The position numbers and the translations under genes are program-made. Positions 1 through 8,962 of a stretch of DNA of 64,000 nt are shown in pieces. The DNA is from Candidatus Wolframiiraptor gerlachensis (GTDB lineage: Archaea > Thermoproteota > Nitrososphaeria_A > Caldarchaeales > Wolframiiraptoraceae), in contig JAJPCT020000016.1 in NCBI GenBank assembly GCA_021323375.2, positions 64,001 through 128,000 of the forward strand, given 5' to 3'. The notes under the pieces were generated by a model. It ran no database searches and had not been told where the DNA came from. It worked only from the letters and a program-made list of their open reading frames with translations. Every line of letters begins with the position of its first letter. Position 1 is the stretch's first letter.

Positions 1-4
1 TGAG

Positions 5-733
5 GTGCTTGAGGATGCTGGAGTGGATTTGTCGGGAGTGGTTGTCGGCGAGGATGAGAGGAGCACCAAGTTCAAGCTAACTTACATGGGGGATCGGCGC
101 TGTCTAAGACTTCTCTCAAGGGCCGGAGGCATAGAACTGGAGAAGCTTGCTGGCGAGCTCCAGTCGCTTGATGCGGTTTACCTCGGCCCAGTCGCATGGG
201 AGGTGGACATAGAATCTATCAGCAAGCTGCTAGGCCGGGTTAGGAGGCTGGCTCTAGACCCACAAGGCCTGATGAGGACTATTGACGAGGCGGGCTTTAT
301 CAAGCTCAAGAGGCTTGATCTCGAGATTCCCGGGCTCTGGATCCTAAGGTTATCGGGCGAGGAGGCCGAGGTGCTCACGGGATCCACCGATCCCATCGAG
401 ATAATTGACCGCCTTAAGCGGGTTGGCGCGGAGATCACGATATTGACGCTGGGCAGGCTTGGAGGCATCATCGCGCATGGAGCCGATGTTATTAAGGTCC
501 CATGTTATGAGACCAGCATCTTCGATCCGACCGGTGCTGGAGACGTATTTGGGGGAGCCTTCATAGCATCATATCTTGATTGCTGGGATCTCCGGTGGGC
601 GGCGGCCATGGCATCCGCGATGGCATCCATAGTCGTGGAGGGGTCGAGCTTTAAGCCCCTCACCTCGCCCGGGGTAAGGGATGAGGCCAAGCGCAGAGCC
701 GAGAAGATCTATAGGCTGATAGAGCCCCTCTAA
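5..733 (+). CDS. PfkB/ribokinase-family carbohydrate kinase (probably 5'-truncated by window edge)
   Basis: C-terminal PfkB signature DPTGAGDVFGGAF; TLGRLGG motif. Confidence 0.85.
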   Translation: MLEDAGVDLSGVVVGEDERSTKFKLTYMGDRRCLRLLSRAGGIELEKLAGELQSLDAVYLGPVAWEVDIESISKLLGRVRRLALDPQGLMRTIDEAGFIKLKRLDLEIPGLWILRLSGEEAEVLTGSTDPIEIIDRLKRVGAEITILTLGRLGGIIAHGADVIKVPCYETSIFDPTGAGDVFGGAFIASYLDCWDLRWAAAMASAMASIVVEGSSFKPLTSPGVRDEAKRRAEKIYRLIEPL

Positions 734-894
734 TCCACCTTTATCCCATGCTTCTCCAAGGCCTTCTTTATCTTCTCGATCTCCGATCTAAGCCGAACCA
801 GCTCTCCAACAATCATCTCAAGATCTGATGGTAGAGCATAGCCCAGCCTTCTAGCATCCCTCAACCTATCAAGCAGATCCTCAGGCAAAGCCAT
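730..894 (-). CDS. Small hypothetical protein, 54 aa (MALPEDLLDRLRDARRLGYALPSDLEMIVGELVRLRSEIEKIKKALEKHGIKVD)
   Basis: Manually translated, below the ORF-track cutoff. ATG preceded by GTGGT, host-like codons, coiled-coil-like C-terminus, fills the gap exactly. Confidence 0.6.
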   Translation of the reverse strand: MALPEDLLDRLRDARRLGYALPSDLEMIVGELVRLRSEIEKIKKALEKHGIKVD

Positions 895-979
895 TACCAC
901 ATCCCAAGAGGAGTATGCATAGCTCCCTTAAAACGGTAGCTGGGCCCCCATGACGGGGTATCAAGCGATATCGTATTAA

Positions 980-1439
980 TTAATTCTTATGGAAGGCGCT
1001 TGGATCGTCTGATGCCGCGATTATCCTCCCCCACCATGGACAATAGCTTCTAACAGTCTCTAGCCAATAATCGAGCTCGCTTTCCACAAAGCTGGGGGTG
1101 CTGTCGCAGAGCTCGATGCTGACCTCAACCATCCTCACCGTCTCGGGCTTCAGGTGCCAGCTCCAAGGCTTGTTGAAGCCACCATCCCCGCGGGCCAACT
1201 CCCTCATCGGGAACAAGCTATTCTTTCCCTCAATGTTCTCGAGGGCAAGCCTGATAGTCTCTGGATCGGTGACATAGATTACAAAGCGCTCACCGTTCAC
1301 ATCCACCAAGAAGGTATTTTCTATGAGGCTTCATGTATGGAGTTATGAAAAGTGTGGCCGCAATAGCCGCGATGACCACGAGCAAGATGATGACTAGTCG
1401 CCTACGAGGCTGCACAGCATTTCTTGATCCAAGTCGCAT
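980..1439 (-). pseudogene. BP74-N-like exported protein split by a 1-nt frameshift near 1313
   Basis: 980-1309 has the PWSWHL..E..ELCD..P..VE..LDYW...YCPW pattern. The upstream frame from ATG 1439 encodes a signal/TM segment (RRRLVIILLVVIAAIAATLF). Deleting one C in TACCTTC fuses them as ...KYFLVDVNGERF. Confidence 0.6.
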
Positions 1440-1560
1440 ATGTAACTTCCCATTCGTCATAGATCGAGCAGCCGGAGCCTAGGCCGCGTTTAGGAGCTAG
1501 TGATCTTGGAACAAGATTATTAAACACCATGATCTAAGGCGTGGTTTCGAGAAGAAAGAC

Positions 1561-2346
1561 ATGTCAATAGTGCAGGCTTTTCAGAGCATATCTGGCGGTG
1601 ATCCCGTGATCTTGGGCGCTTTAGCAGGCCTATTCACCTCGATTATGAATCTGTTGGGGGCTGTGCCAATACTATTCTTAAGGGGGCCTTTTAGGAGGAT
1701 TTCTGATCTTGGGCTTGGTTTTGCCTCCGGGGTCATGCTCGCGGCCAGCTTCACGAGCCTCATCCTGCCGGGGATCGAGCTTGGGGGCATAATGCCTGTG
1801 CTAGTGGGAATGATTCTTGGGGCTGCCGCGATCTCCCTGATGGATAAGCTGATACCCCACATGCATGCAATCATGGGTATAGAGAAGGGCTCCTCTAGGC
1901 TTAAGGCTGTATGGCTCTTCATCCTCGCGATAGTGATACATAATATGCCGGAGGGGCTGGCCGTCGGCGTTAGCATGGGGTCGGGCGACCTCGCGGCCGG
2001 CCTAGCCCTCGCGATAGCCATAGGGATCCAGAATATGCCGGAAGGGTTGTCCGTAGGCTTATCACTCATCTCCACGGAGAAGTATAGCAGGTCTAGGGCA
2101 TACATCATCTCCACGGCATCAGGGTTCGTCGAGTTCCCCCTAGCGATAATCGGCGCTGTGGCCGTCATGGTGATTCACCAGATAGTCCCATATGCTATGG
2201 GGTTTGCGGCCGGAGCTATGCTATTCGTGGTGAGCGATGAGATCATACCAGAGCTTCATAGGCTAGGGAAGGAGAAAAGCATAACCTATAGCCTGATAGC
2301 CGGGCTGATCGTGATGCTGTATCTAGACGTGTTGCTCTCGGCCTAA
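1561..2346 (+). CDS. ZIP-family (ZupT/GufA) divalent metal transporter
   Basis: HNMPEGLAVG and QNMPEG motifs, multiple TM helices. Confidence 0.92.
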   Translation: MSIVQAFQSISGGDPVILGALAGLFTSIMNLLGAVPILFLRGPFRRISDLGLGFASGVMLAASFTSLILPGIELGGIMPVLVGMILGAAAISLMDKLIPHMHAIMGIEKGSSRLKAVWLFILAIVIHNMPEGLAVGVSMGSGDLAAGLALAIAIGIQNMPEGLSVGLSLISTEKYSRSRAYIISTASGFVEFPLAIIGAVAVMVIHQIVPYAMGFAAGAMLFVVSDEIIPELHRLGKEKSITYSLIAGLIVMLYLDVLLSA

Positions 2347-2381
2347 CATGAATTACTTGACCGGATTATCTCTCGCGCCTT

Positions 2382-2933
2382 TTATAGGCCGAGCTCCCCA
2401 CTTATCCCATTCAATGCCCTGAGCGATATCTCGAGGAAATCATCTAGTGTTAAGCCTATTTGCTCGCAGAACATTATCCGCTCTCTGCTGACATTCCTTG
2501 CAAAGTCCTTCTGCTTGAACTTCCTCTTCAGTGTCTCAACGCTCACCTCAGCCAGCTTCTTATTTGGCATGACGAGGGCGGCGGCGATTATGAGCCCCGA
2601 GACAGCGTCAGCCGCGATCAGCGCCTTCTCCATATCACTCTCCGGCCTCACCCCAGTATTCTCGAAGTTATGGGACTTTATGGCCCTAATAATCTCCGGC
2701 GGCACGGAGCTTCCCAGAATCTTCTCAGCCTCCAATCCATGCCTGCTTGGCTCATCCTTCGTCAGCTCATAGTCTATGTCATGGAGGAGCCCCGCGAGCT
2801 CCCAGACCCCCTCATCCCGCCCTAGGTGCCGCGCAAGCTCCCTCATTATCGCGGATACAGCTATCATGTGTAAAACTATCTTATCATTCGCGACTTTCTC
2901 CCTGACAATTCTCAGCGCCTCCTCCCTATCCAT
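2382..2933 (-). CDS. HDIG/HD-domain phosphohydrolase
   Basis: LHM...GLLHDIDYE...H...SHN...ADAVSGL; likely start MDREEA. Confidence 0.85.
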   Translation of the reverse strand: MDREEALRIVREKVANDKIVLHMIAVSAIMRELARHLGRDEGVWELAGLLHDIDYELTKDEPSRHGLEAEKILGSSVPPEIIRAIKSHNFENTGVRPESDMEKALIAADAVSGLIIAAALVMPNKKLAEVSVETLKRKFKQKDFARNVSRERIMFCEQIGLTLDDFLEISLRALNGISGELGL

Positions 2934-2962
2934 CCAGCGCACCCCCTCATCCTCCAGATGCC

Positions 2963-4273
2963 TTAACAATATTCCTCCACTGCCTCGCGGATTCTTTTAC
3001 AAGCCTCTCTAAGGGGCTTCTCATCCAGAACAGCGGAGATTCTGATATGGTTGTTGTAGTTCTGCCCGAAACATGCTCCGGGCGCTATCGCGACGCTCTT
3101 CTCCTCGAGGAGCTTCCACGCGAACCTCCATGAATCGAAACCCTCCACGTTTATCCTCGGGAAGATATACATCGCGCCCTCCGGCGGCTTGACCTCTATG
3201 AGCCTAGACCTCGAGAGCTCCTCATAGAGTATCCTCAGCCTCATCCCGATGAGCTCCACGTTCCTCCTCGCCGACTCCTCGTCGTTTAGCGCTGCTAAGG
3301 CCGCCCTCTGGACAAACTCGGGTATACATGTTATGGCGGTGTTCTGGGCTCTCGCGATGCGAGTCACGGTCTCAGGGTCGGACACTACGTATCCAACCCT
3401 GAAGCCCGTCATGCCCCAAGTCTTCGAGAAGGAGTTGACCATTATCGCGCGCTCCGCCCCGAGCTTCAGAATGCTCTCGAACCCATCACAGTAGCAGAAG
3501 TCCATATAGACCTCGTCGCTCAGGATCCAGGCGCCATAATCCTCAGCGATCTCTATTATCGCTCTCATGCTCCTCTCATCGAGAACTCTTCCAGTCGGGT
3601 TATTCGGATAATTCAGGATTATCAGCTTGGTCAGCCTGCTAACCTCCTCCTGGATCGTGTTGACGGGGTCCCAGTTATCCTCGAACCTCGTCCTAATTAT
3701 CTTCGGCCTCCTGCCAAGCCATCTAACCTGATGGGCGTAGAGGGGCCAGGCCGGCTCTATCACAATAACCTCATCACAGAGCTCCGTCACAGCCTCTATC
3801 GATCCATATACGGCGAACGTCCCACCCGCCGTAACCGCGATATTATCGGGCTTCAGGTCGAGGCTGAATCTCTCGGAGAGCTTTGATGCTATCGCCGCCC
3901 TAAGCTCCATGATACCATTCGCCGGGCCATACTTGCTATAACCCTCCCTGATCGCCCTGCAGGCTGCCTCAACAGCGCTTGGCGGCGCGGTGAAATCCGG
4001 CTCACCAAGCTCCAGCCTATAGACCTCTCTCCCCATTCTCTGAAGCTCTAGGGCTCTTGAGGCAAACTCCCTCAGCTTTAGCCCACTCTCTGGTGTTCCG
4101 CCCCTACCGCATCTCTCCCTCTCCTCCAAGACTAGGGAGAAGATCTTTCTCGCGAAATCCCCGCTCAGCCCATGCTTGCTGAACTCCGAGATCATTGCAT
4201 CGAGCATTTCAGCGCTAAGCTCGGATCTAGCAAGTGATGCGCATATTCTGGATAGCTCCGCGAGCTCCCTCAT
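2963..4273 (-). CDS. PLP-dependent class I/II (aspartate) aminotransferase with N-terminal helical extension
   Basis: LGEPDF, NYPNNPTG, SDEVY and NSFSKTWGMTGFRVGY motifs. Confidence 0.9.
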   Translation of the reverse strand: MRELAELSRICASLARSELSAEMLDAMISEFSKHGLSGDFARKIFSLVLEERERCGRGGTPESGLKLREFASRALELQRMGREVYRLELGEPDFTAPPSAVEAACRAIREGYSKYGPANGIMELRAAIASKLSERFSLDLKPDNIAVTAGGTFAVYGSIEAVTELCDEVIVIEPAWPLYAHQVRWLGRRPKIIRTRFEDNWDPVNTIQEEVSRLTKLIILNYPNNPTGRVLDERSMRAIIEIAEDYGAWILSDEVYMDFCYCDGFESILKLGAERAIMVNSFSKTWGMTGFRVGYVVSDPETVTRIARAQNTAITCIPEFVQRAALAALNDEESARRNVELIGMRLRILYEELSRSRLIEVKPPEGAMYIFPRINVEGFDSWRFAWKLLEEKSVAIAPGACFGQNYNNHIRISAVLDEKPLREACKRIREAVEEYC

Positions 4274-4347
4274 CACAGCACCACCCTCTCCTCGCCGCCT
4301 TCTCCGAGAATTAAGCCTTTTAACCATTGCCATGGCCATTTACCATT

Positions 4348-5181
4348 ATGAGGGCTGAGGAGCCTAGAGCCGGGGAAGCCTTCTATCACATTAGAGTTAA
4401 GCCCGGGGAGGTCTCAAGATATGTTCTTCTTCCAGGAGATCCGGAGCGCGTCCCATTAATCGCGGAGTTCTGGGATGAGGCTTGGGAGGTCTCGTGTCAT
4501 AGAGAGTTTAGGCTCTGGAATGGCAGGGTTGGCGGCAGGCCGATCTCGGCATGCTCTACGGGTATAGGCTCGGCCTCAGCCTCGATAGCTGTCGAGGAGC
4601 TCGCTAGGGCGGGCGCGGACACGTTTATCAGGGTTGGGAGCACGGGTGCGATCCAGCCGCATATAAGGCTCGGAGACCTCGTGATATCATCCGCTGCCAT
4701 CAGGCTCGAGGGCGCGAGCATGGATTATGCGCCGCCGGAGTACCCAGCCGCCGCGAGCTACGAGGTCCTCTTAGCATTAATTGAGGCAGCTGAATCCCTT
4801 AACATCACCTATAATGTTGGCGTCACCGCTACCACGGATAGCTTCTACCTCGGCCAGGGGAGAAAGGGGTTCCGCGGCTACTCATGGAGCAGGTCCGAGA
4901 ACCTCCTCGAGGACTTGAGGAGGATGAATGTCCTCAACTTCGACATGGAGACATCCACAATATACACTATAGCATCCATTTACGGGCTTAGGGCTGGATC
5001 CGTCTGCGCGGTCTTCGCCAACAGGGTTAGGGATGAGTTCGGGATAGCTGGCGAAAAAGATGCAGCTAGAGTCGCGGTCGAGGCCATCAAAATCCTCCAA
5101 GAATGGGATGAGCTCAAAGCGAGGCGGGGTAAGCCCCTCTTCTACCCCTCACTTCTAAGGGGGTCTAATCCAAAAATATGA
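4348..5181 (+). CDS. udp: Uridine phosphorylase
   Basis: LPGDPERV, STGIG, RVGSTG, DSFY.GQGR and DMET motifs. Confidence 0.88.
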   Translation: MRAEEPRAGEAFYHIRVKPGEVSRYVLLPGDPERVPLIAEFWDEAWEVSCHREFRLWNGRVGGRPISACSTGIGSASASIAVEELARAGADTFIRVGSTGAIQPHIRLGDLVISSAAIRLEGASMDYAPPEYPAAASYEVLLALIEAAESLNITYNVGVTATTDSFYLGQGRKGFRGYSWSRSENLLEDLRRMNVLNFDMETSTIYTIASIYGLRAGSVCAVFANRVRDEFGIAGEKDAARVAVEAIKILQEWDELKARRGKPLFYPSLLRGSNPKI

Positions 5182-5209
5182 GCTCGAGAAGCTCTCGTAG
5201 AGAGTTCCT

Positions 5210-5803
5210 TTGAGCGGCCTTCTCGATTCCCTGCTTGAGTGGGCTAGACTTCATCTCGTCCCACTGGGGATTCCGGGGCTGATTTTAACGGCCTTCACGG
5301 AGTCCAGCTTCTTCCCAATACCGCCTGATGTCATCCTTATCCCGCTTGCCCTCCTAGACCCCGGAAACGCTGTGCTCTACGGCCTCGTGGCCACGGTCAG
5401 TTCGACGGCTGGAGCCCTCCTTGGCTACTGGATCGGTCTTAAGGGCGGGAGACCCATACTCCTTAAGCTGGCTGGCAAGAAGTCTGTGAAGAAGGCTGAG
5501 GAGTTCTTCAACAGGTATGGCGCCTGGGCTGTTGGGGTAGCTGCCTTCACGCCGATACCCTATAAGGTCTTCACTATAGCCTCTGGAGTATTCATGCTTA
5601 GGAACTTGAAGGCTTTCATCCTCGCATCAATTCTGGGGAGGGGTGGGAGGTTCATGGCCGAGGCAGTGCTCATAATGCTCTTCGGCGAGGAGATATTGTC
5701 ATTTCTCAGCGCGCACTTCGAGCTCATAACAATTCTAGTTGGCGCGGCCGTGATATTTTTCCTAGCGGTATATAGCCTCCTCAGGAGGAGATCACGCTCC
5801 TGA
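5210..5803 (+). CDS. DedA/YqaA (VTT domain) membrane protein
   Basis: AFTESSFFPIPPD and FTPIPYKVFTIASG motifs. Confidence 0.9.
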   Translation: MSGLLDSLLEWARLHLVPLGIPGLILTAFTESSFFPIPPDVILIPLALLDPGNAVLYGLVATVSSTAGALLGYWIGLKGGRPILLKLAGKKSVKKAEEFFNRYGAWAVGVAAFTPIPYKVFTIASGVFMLRNLKAFILASILGRGGRFMAEAVLIMLFGEEILSFLSAHFELITILVGAAVIFFLAVYSLLRRRSRS

Positions 5804-7108
5804 AGCCCTTCTTTTCCCAATCGTTATCCTCGCTGTTATGAGCCTCTCCCCCATGAAGAGCCATGAGCTTAGTAGGAGGAGCAGTGCCGCGAATCCCAGC
5901 ATCACCATTATTGATGTGATCGCGGATGTGATATCGCCCGCGAACCCACCCTGTATCGCGAGGAATAGGTGTGTGAAGGGATCTAGGAGGAGACCTATCC
6001 TGACTCCTATTGGGAGGCTCTCGAGGGGCGCGAAGATTAGGATGAAGAATGGGGGCATTAGGAGTGGGAATGTTATGACCCCGACGAGTTGCTGGGCGCT
6101 CCTGACATCGCTCCCGAGGACGCCGACAAGGAGCCCTATACATGTCATCATCACCATCGCGATGAATATCGCTGAGACGAGTATCGGGATGAAGATGGGG
6201 GATGGCCAGAGGTCGATAAGTGTTATGCTCACCTGCTGGCCTGCGGCAACCTCCTCGACCGGGATCCGCGCCATCATGCTCCCCGCGATCATCAGGCCGT
6301 AGACCCCGAAGCCGACCAGGAATGAGAATGTGCTTAAGAGGACTATAACAAATGTCCCCAAGAGCTTGCTGAGGAGTATTGTTATCCTCCTAGCCGGGAT
6401 CGTTAGGAGCAGCTCAAGGGTCTTGGACTCCTTCTCGAGGGCGATGCTTGTCGCCGAGACCGTGGATGCATAGCTCGCGACCATCACCGCGACTAGTGGG
6501 AGGCCGAAGAGCGTTGTCAGGAAGGTGGCGGCAACGGCGGAGGCAGGAGCCCTCAATATCCTGTCAAGATAAAGCACCATGGAATTCTCTAGGATCGGTT
6601 TCTCGAAGAACCTTGGATCAATACCTCCCCCATGAACTCTCTCAGCCAGAGACTTGAATATATCGAGTAGGATTGTTGAGATCCGCTGGCTCATGCTGAT
6701 CTCGGAGATCGAGGCGGATCTTATGGGGTAGATCGTCATGATCGTGCTCTGGATGCCGGATGTGAAGTTTCTCGTGAAGCCGCTCGGTATTATGATCACG
6801 GCATTGAGCTCCTTTCCGGCCGCCGCCCTGGCGCACTCATCCTCGGATGAGCACTCCACCTTGATGGTCCTAATCCCCTTTTCCCTGAGCAGCTCCGGGA
6901 GATGAGTAGATGTTAGCCATGTCTTTTCTAGGTCAGCTATCCCGATTACAAGGCCCACTTCAGCCCTCTCCATCGCCGCGCTCATCCCAAGGCCAGTCAA
7001 CGCGCCCATTATCGGGAAGACTATTAGCGGGATTATTATCGCGCCTACTAGTATGCTCCTCTCCATCAGGAGCTCCTTAACCTCCTTCTTAAGTAATGGC
7101 CCGAGCAT
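5792..7108 (-). CDS. ABC-2 type exporter permease (NatB-like)
   Basis: IALEKESKTLELLLTIP motif; 1+5 TM topology with large loop. Confidence 0.88.
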   Translation of the reverse strand: MLGPLLKKEVKELLMERSILVGAIIIPLIVFPIMGALTGLGMSAAMERAEVGLVIGIADLEKTWLTSTHLPELLREKGIRTIKVECSSEDECARAAAGKELNAVIIIPSGFTRNFTSGIQSTIMTIYPIRSASISEISMSQRISTILLDIFKSLAERVHGGGIDPRFFEKPILENSMVLYLDRILRAPASAVAATFLTTLFGLPLVAVMVASYASTVSATSIALEKESKTLELLLTIPARRITILLSKLLGTFVIVLLSTFSFLVGFGVYGLMIAGSMMARIPVEEVAAGQQVSITLIDLWPSPIFIPILVSAIFIAMVMMTCIGLLVGVLGSDVRSAQQLVGVITFPLLMPPFFILIFAPLESLPIGVRIGLLLDPFTHLFLAIQGGFAGDITSAITSIMVMLGFAALLLLLSSWLFMGERLITARITIGKRRASGA

Positions 7109-7109
7109 C

Positions 7110-7826
7110 TTAAGCCGCCTCCACCAGCTTCGCGAAGACCTCCTCGAGATTCTGGGCCCGGTGCTCAGCCTTCAGCTCATCAGGCCTGCCCTCCGCGATG
7201 ATCCTCCCGCCGCTCATGAATGCAACCCGGTCACAGAGATACTCTATCTCGAACATGTTGTGGCTGGAAACTATGACGGTTGCGCCGCTCTCCTCCACGA
7301 ACCTCCTTATCCTCCTCCTGATATGCACGGCGTGGATGACGTCTAGACCGGAGGTCGGCTCATCGAGTATCGCAACCCTCGGCCTCAGCATTAATATCGC
7401 TGCGAGGATTATCCTCCGCCTCATACCCTTGCTATAGGATCCCATGGGCTTCCTCAGTGCATCGCCGAGCCCCGCGATCTCCATACCCTCCTTGATGCAT
7501 TCCCGACCCCTGCCATGAACCTCGGCCATGAAGCTGAGAAACTCCAAGCCTGTCAAGTGCCTGTAAACCCCGGCATCCTCCGGCAGATATGCGATGATTC
7601 TCCTAACCCTGTCCGGCTCATCCCTGACGCTGTGACCCATTATGATAGCGTCACCAACATCCGGCCTAAGGATCGTCGCGAGAATCCTGAGAGTCGTCGT
7701 CTTACCGGCACCATTCGGCCCAATCAAGCCGAAGATCTCCGACTCATCAACCTCAAATGAGACGCCCTTCAGAACCTCGAGAGACCCAAACCTCTTAACG
7801 AGACCGCTGGCCACGACAGCCCTCAA
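7110..7826 (-). CDS. ABC transporter ATP-binding subunit (NatA-like); likely TTG start at 7826
   Basis: GPNGAGKTT, YSKGM, LDEPTSGLD, SSH. The ORF-track N-terminal extension lies inside insertion B. Confidence 0.9.
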   Translation of the reverse strand: MRAVVASGLVKRFGSLEVLKGVSFEVDESEIFGLIGPNGAGKTTTLRILATILRPDVGDAIIMGHSVRDEPDRVRRIIAYLPEDAGVYRHLTGLEFLSFMAEVHGRGRECIKEGMEIAGLGDALRKPMGSYSKGMRRRIILAAILMLRPRVAILDEPTSGLDVIHAVHIRRRIRRFVEESGATVIVSSHNMFEIEYLCDRVAFMSGGRIIAEGRPDELKAEHRAQNLEEVFAKLVEAA

Positions 7827-8071
7827 GCATAAATCCCTTGAGGCTTGTAATCTTTTAGGATTTCTATTTTTCTCATATTGCTCCTTGCCTCTCAAATCTT
7901 CTACTAGGGCTAACTGGATTTTGCATGCATTATACATTACTTTACTTTAATATTCATAACTCATAATATCAGCCATCATAAGAGGCTTGACACCATCTCC
8001 CGAGTCTTGAATCTCCATCAACACGTCCGGAACTGCCTCGATCGTCCTATCTTTTCTTTATTGCTTCTATT

Positions 8072-8539
8072 ATGGAAATTCCATGGAAGCATGGGCGGAT
8101 TATCGATGAAAAGAACTTGAAGAACTTGATAAAAAAATAGACCCTACTACAACCTCAAGGAACCATTAAGGCTCATAGGTAATGATGATGGGGAAGAAGT
8201 TTATGAGAAGACCTATAAAATCTTTTGGGACAAAAGGAGCGTTGAAGAAACTATCAAATTATATTGTCGATAGGGTTACCACTCCATTTGCTGGTAGTAA
8301 GGTTGGGGATTTCTGAGATGAGATCGATTCTGGGTGGAGGTGGAGGGTGATGAGGGTGATATACTCGTAAGTTAAGATCACATGTTGCGGCTATTGTAGC
8401 AAATCTTTACGCGTATGTTAGAAGGAATGTAAGCGTTTCGGATGAAATTGCCAATGTTGCTGAGTGTATGTCCAAAAATCAGGCGATAGTTAAATTGAGG
8501 CTGACGACTTTGGAGGCGTTAAGAAGAGCATACCCATGA
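8072..8539 (+). pseudogene. Degenerate C-terminal half of the IS110/TasR-like protein
   Basis: Fragments ILSIGLPLHLLVVRLG and YTRKLRSHVAAIVANLYAYVRR...IVKLRLTTLEALRRA align with ILIVKLPLNWKLAKLKG and YNHKLRANLSNIAANIYLNYKR...IFRLEIRILKALKRA. Frameshifts present; start approximate. Confidence 0.7.
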
Positions 8540-8547
8540 CAAAGCCG

Positions 8548-8693
8548 CTGGCCAGCAAGTTCTCGTAGCCATAAAGGCCAGCAAGCCAAGCCTTAAACCA
8601 TCCATGGATTCATAAAGATAGAAATCCATCCTCCATGGTGGCAGCTTCCGCCAGCTCTACTGGCCTTTATGGCTTTTAATACCCGCCGGCCAG
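8548..8693 (-). ncRNA. Putative dual-guide hairpin RNA, copy B (inverted relative to its ORF)
   Basis: Perfect 15-bp stem 8567-8581/8660-8674. The TAAAAGC...GCTAC motif and G-U wobbles occur only on the minus strand. Loop strands match flanks 8974-8984 (11/11) and 7837-7846 (8/10). Confidence 0.75.
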
Positions 8694-8962
8694 TCCCACC
8701 CTCCATTTTTGCCTTAGCCTTAGTATGTTTAGATTGGATCCTAACTTTGTCTGAACATGTAAAAGAGCTTCTGTCAACTTAGCAAGTAATCTCTTCAAGT
8801 CCTTTATCTTGACGTATGCGCTGATATAAAGATGCTTTTCATCCCTAACTCTATTATCCTGATCCTTCTCAGAAATATAGCTGGTTATCAGCCTCGGCCA
8901 CAGGATCCCAGACTATGGGTTTAGGCATTGGAGCTTAGCTTCCTCAACATATACCTTCTCCT

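Noticed and set aside
7827-7937. N-terminal extension of the ABC ATPase in the ORF track
   Set aside because: Lies mostly in AT-rich insertion B; the TTG at 7826 fits the domain start and the rebuilt operon overlap.
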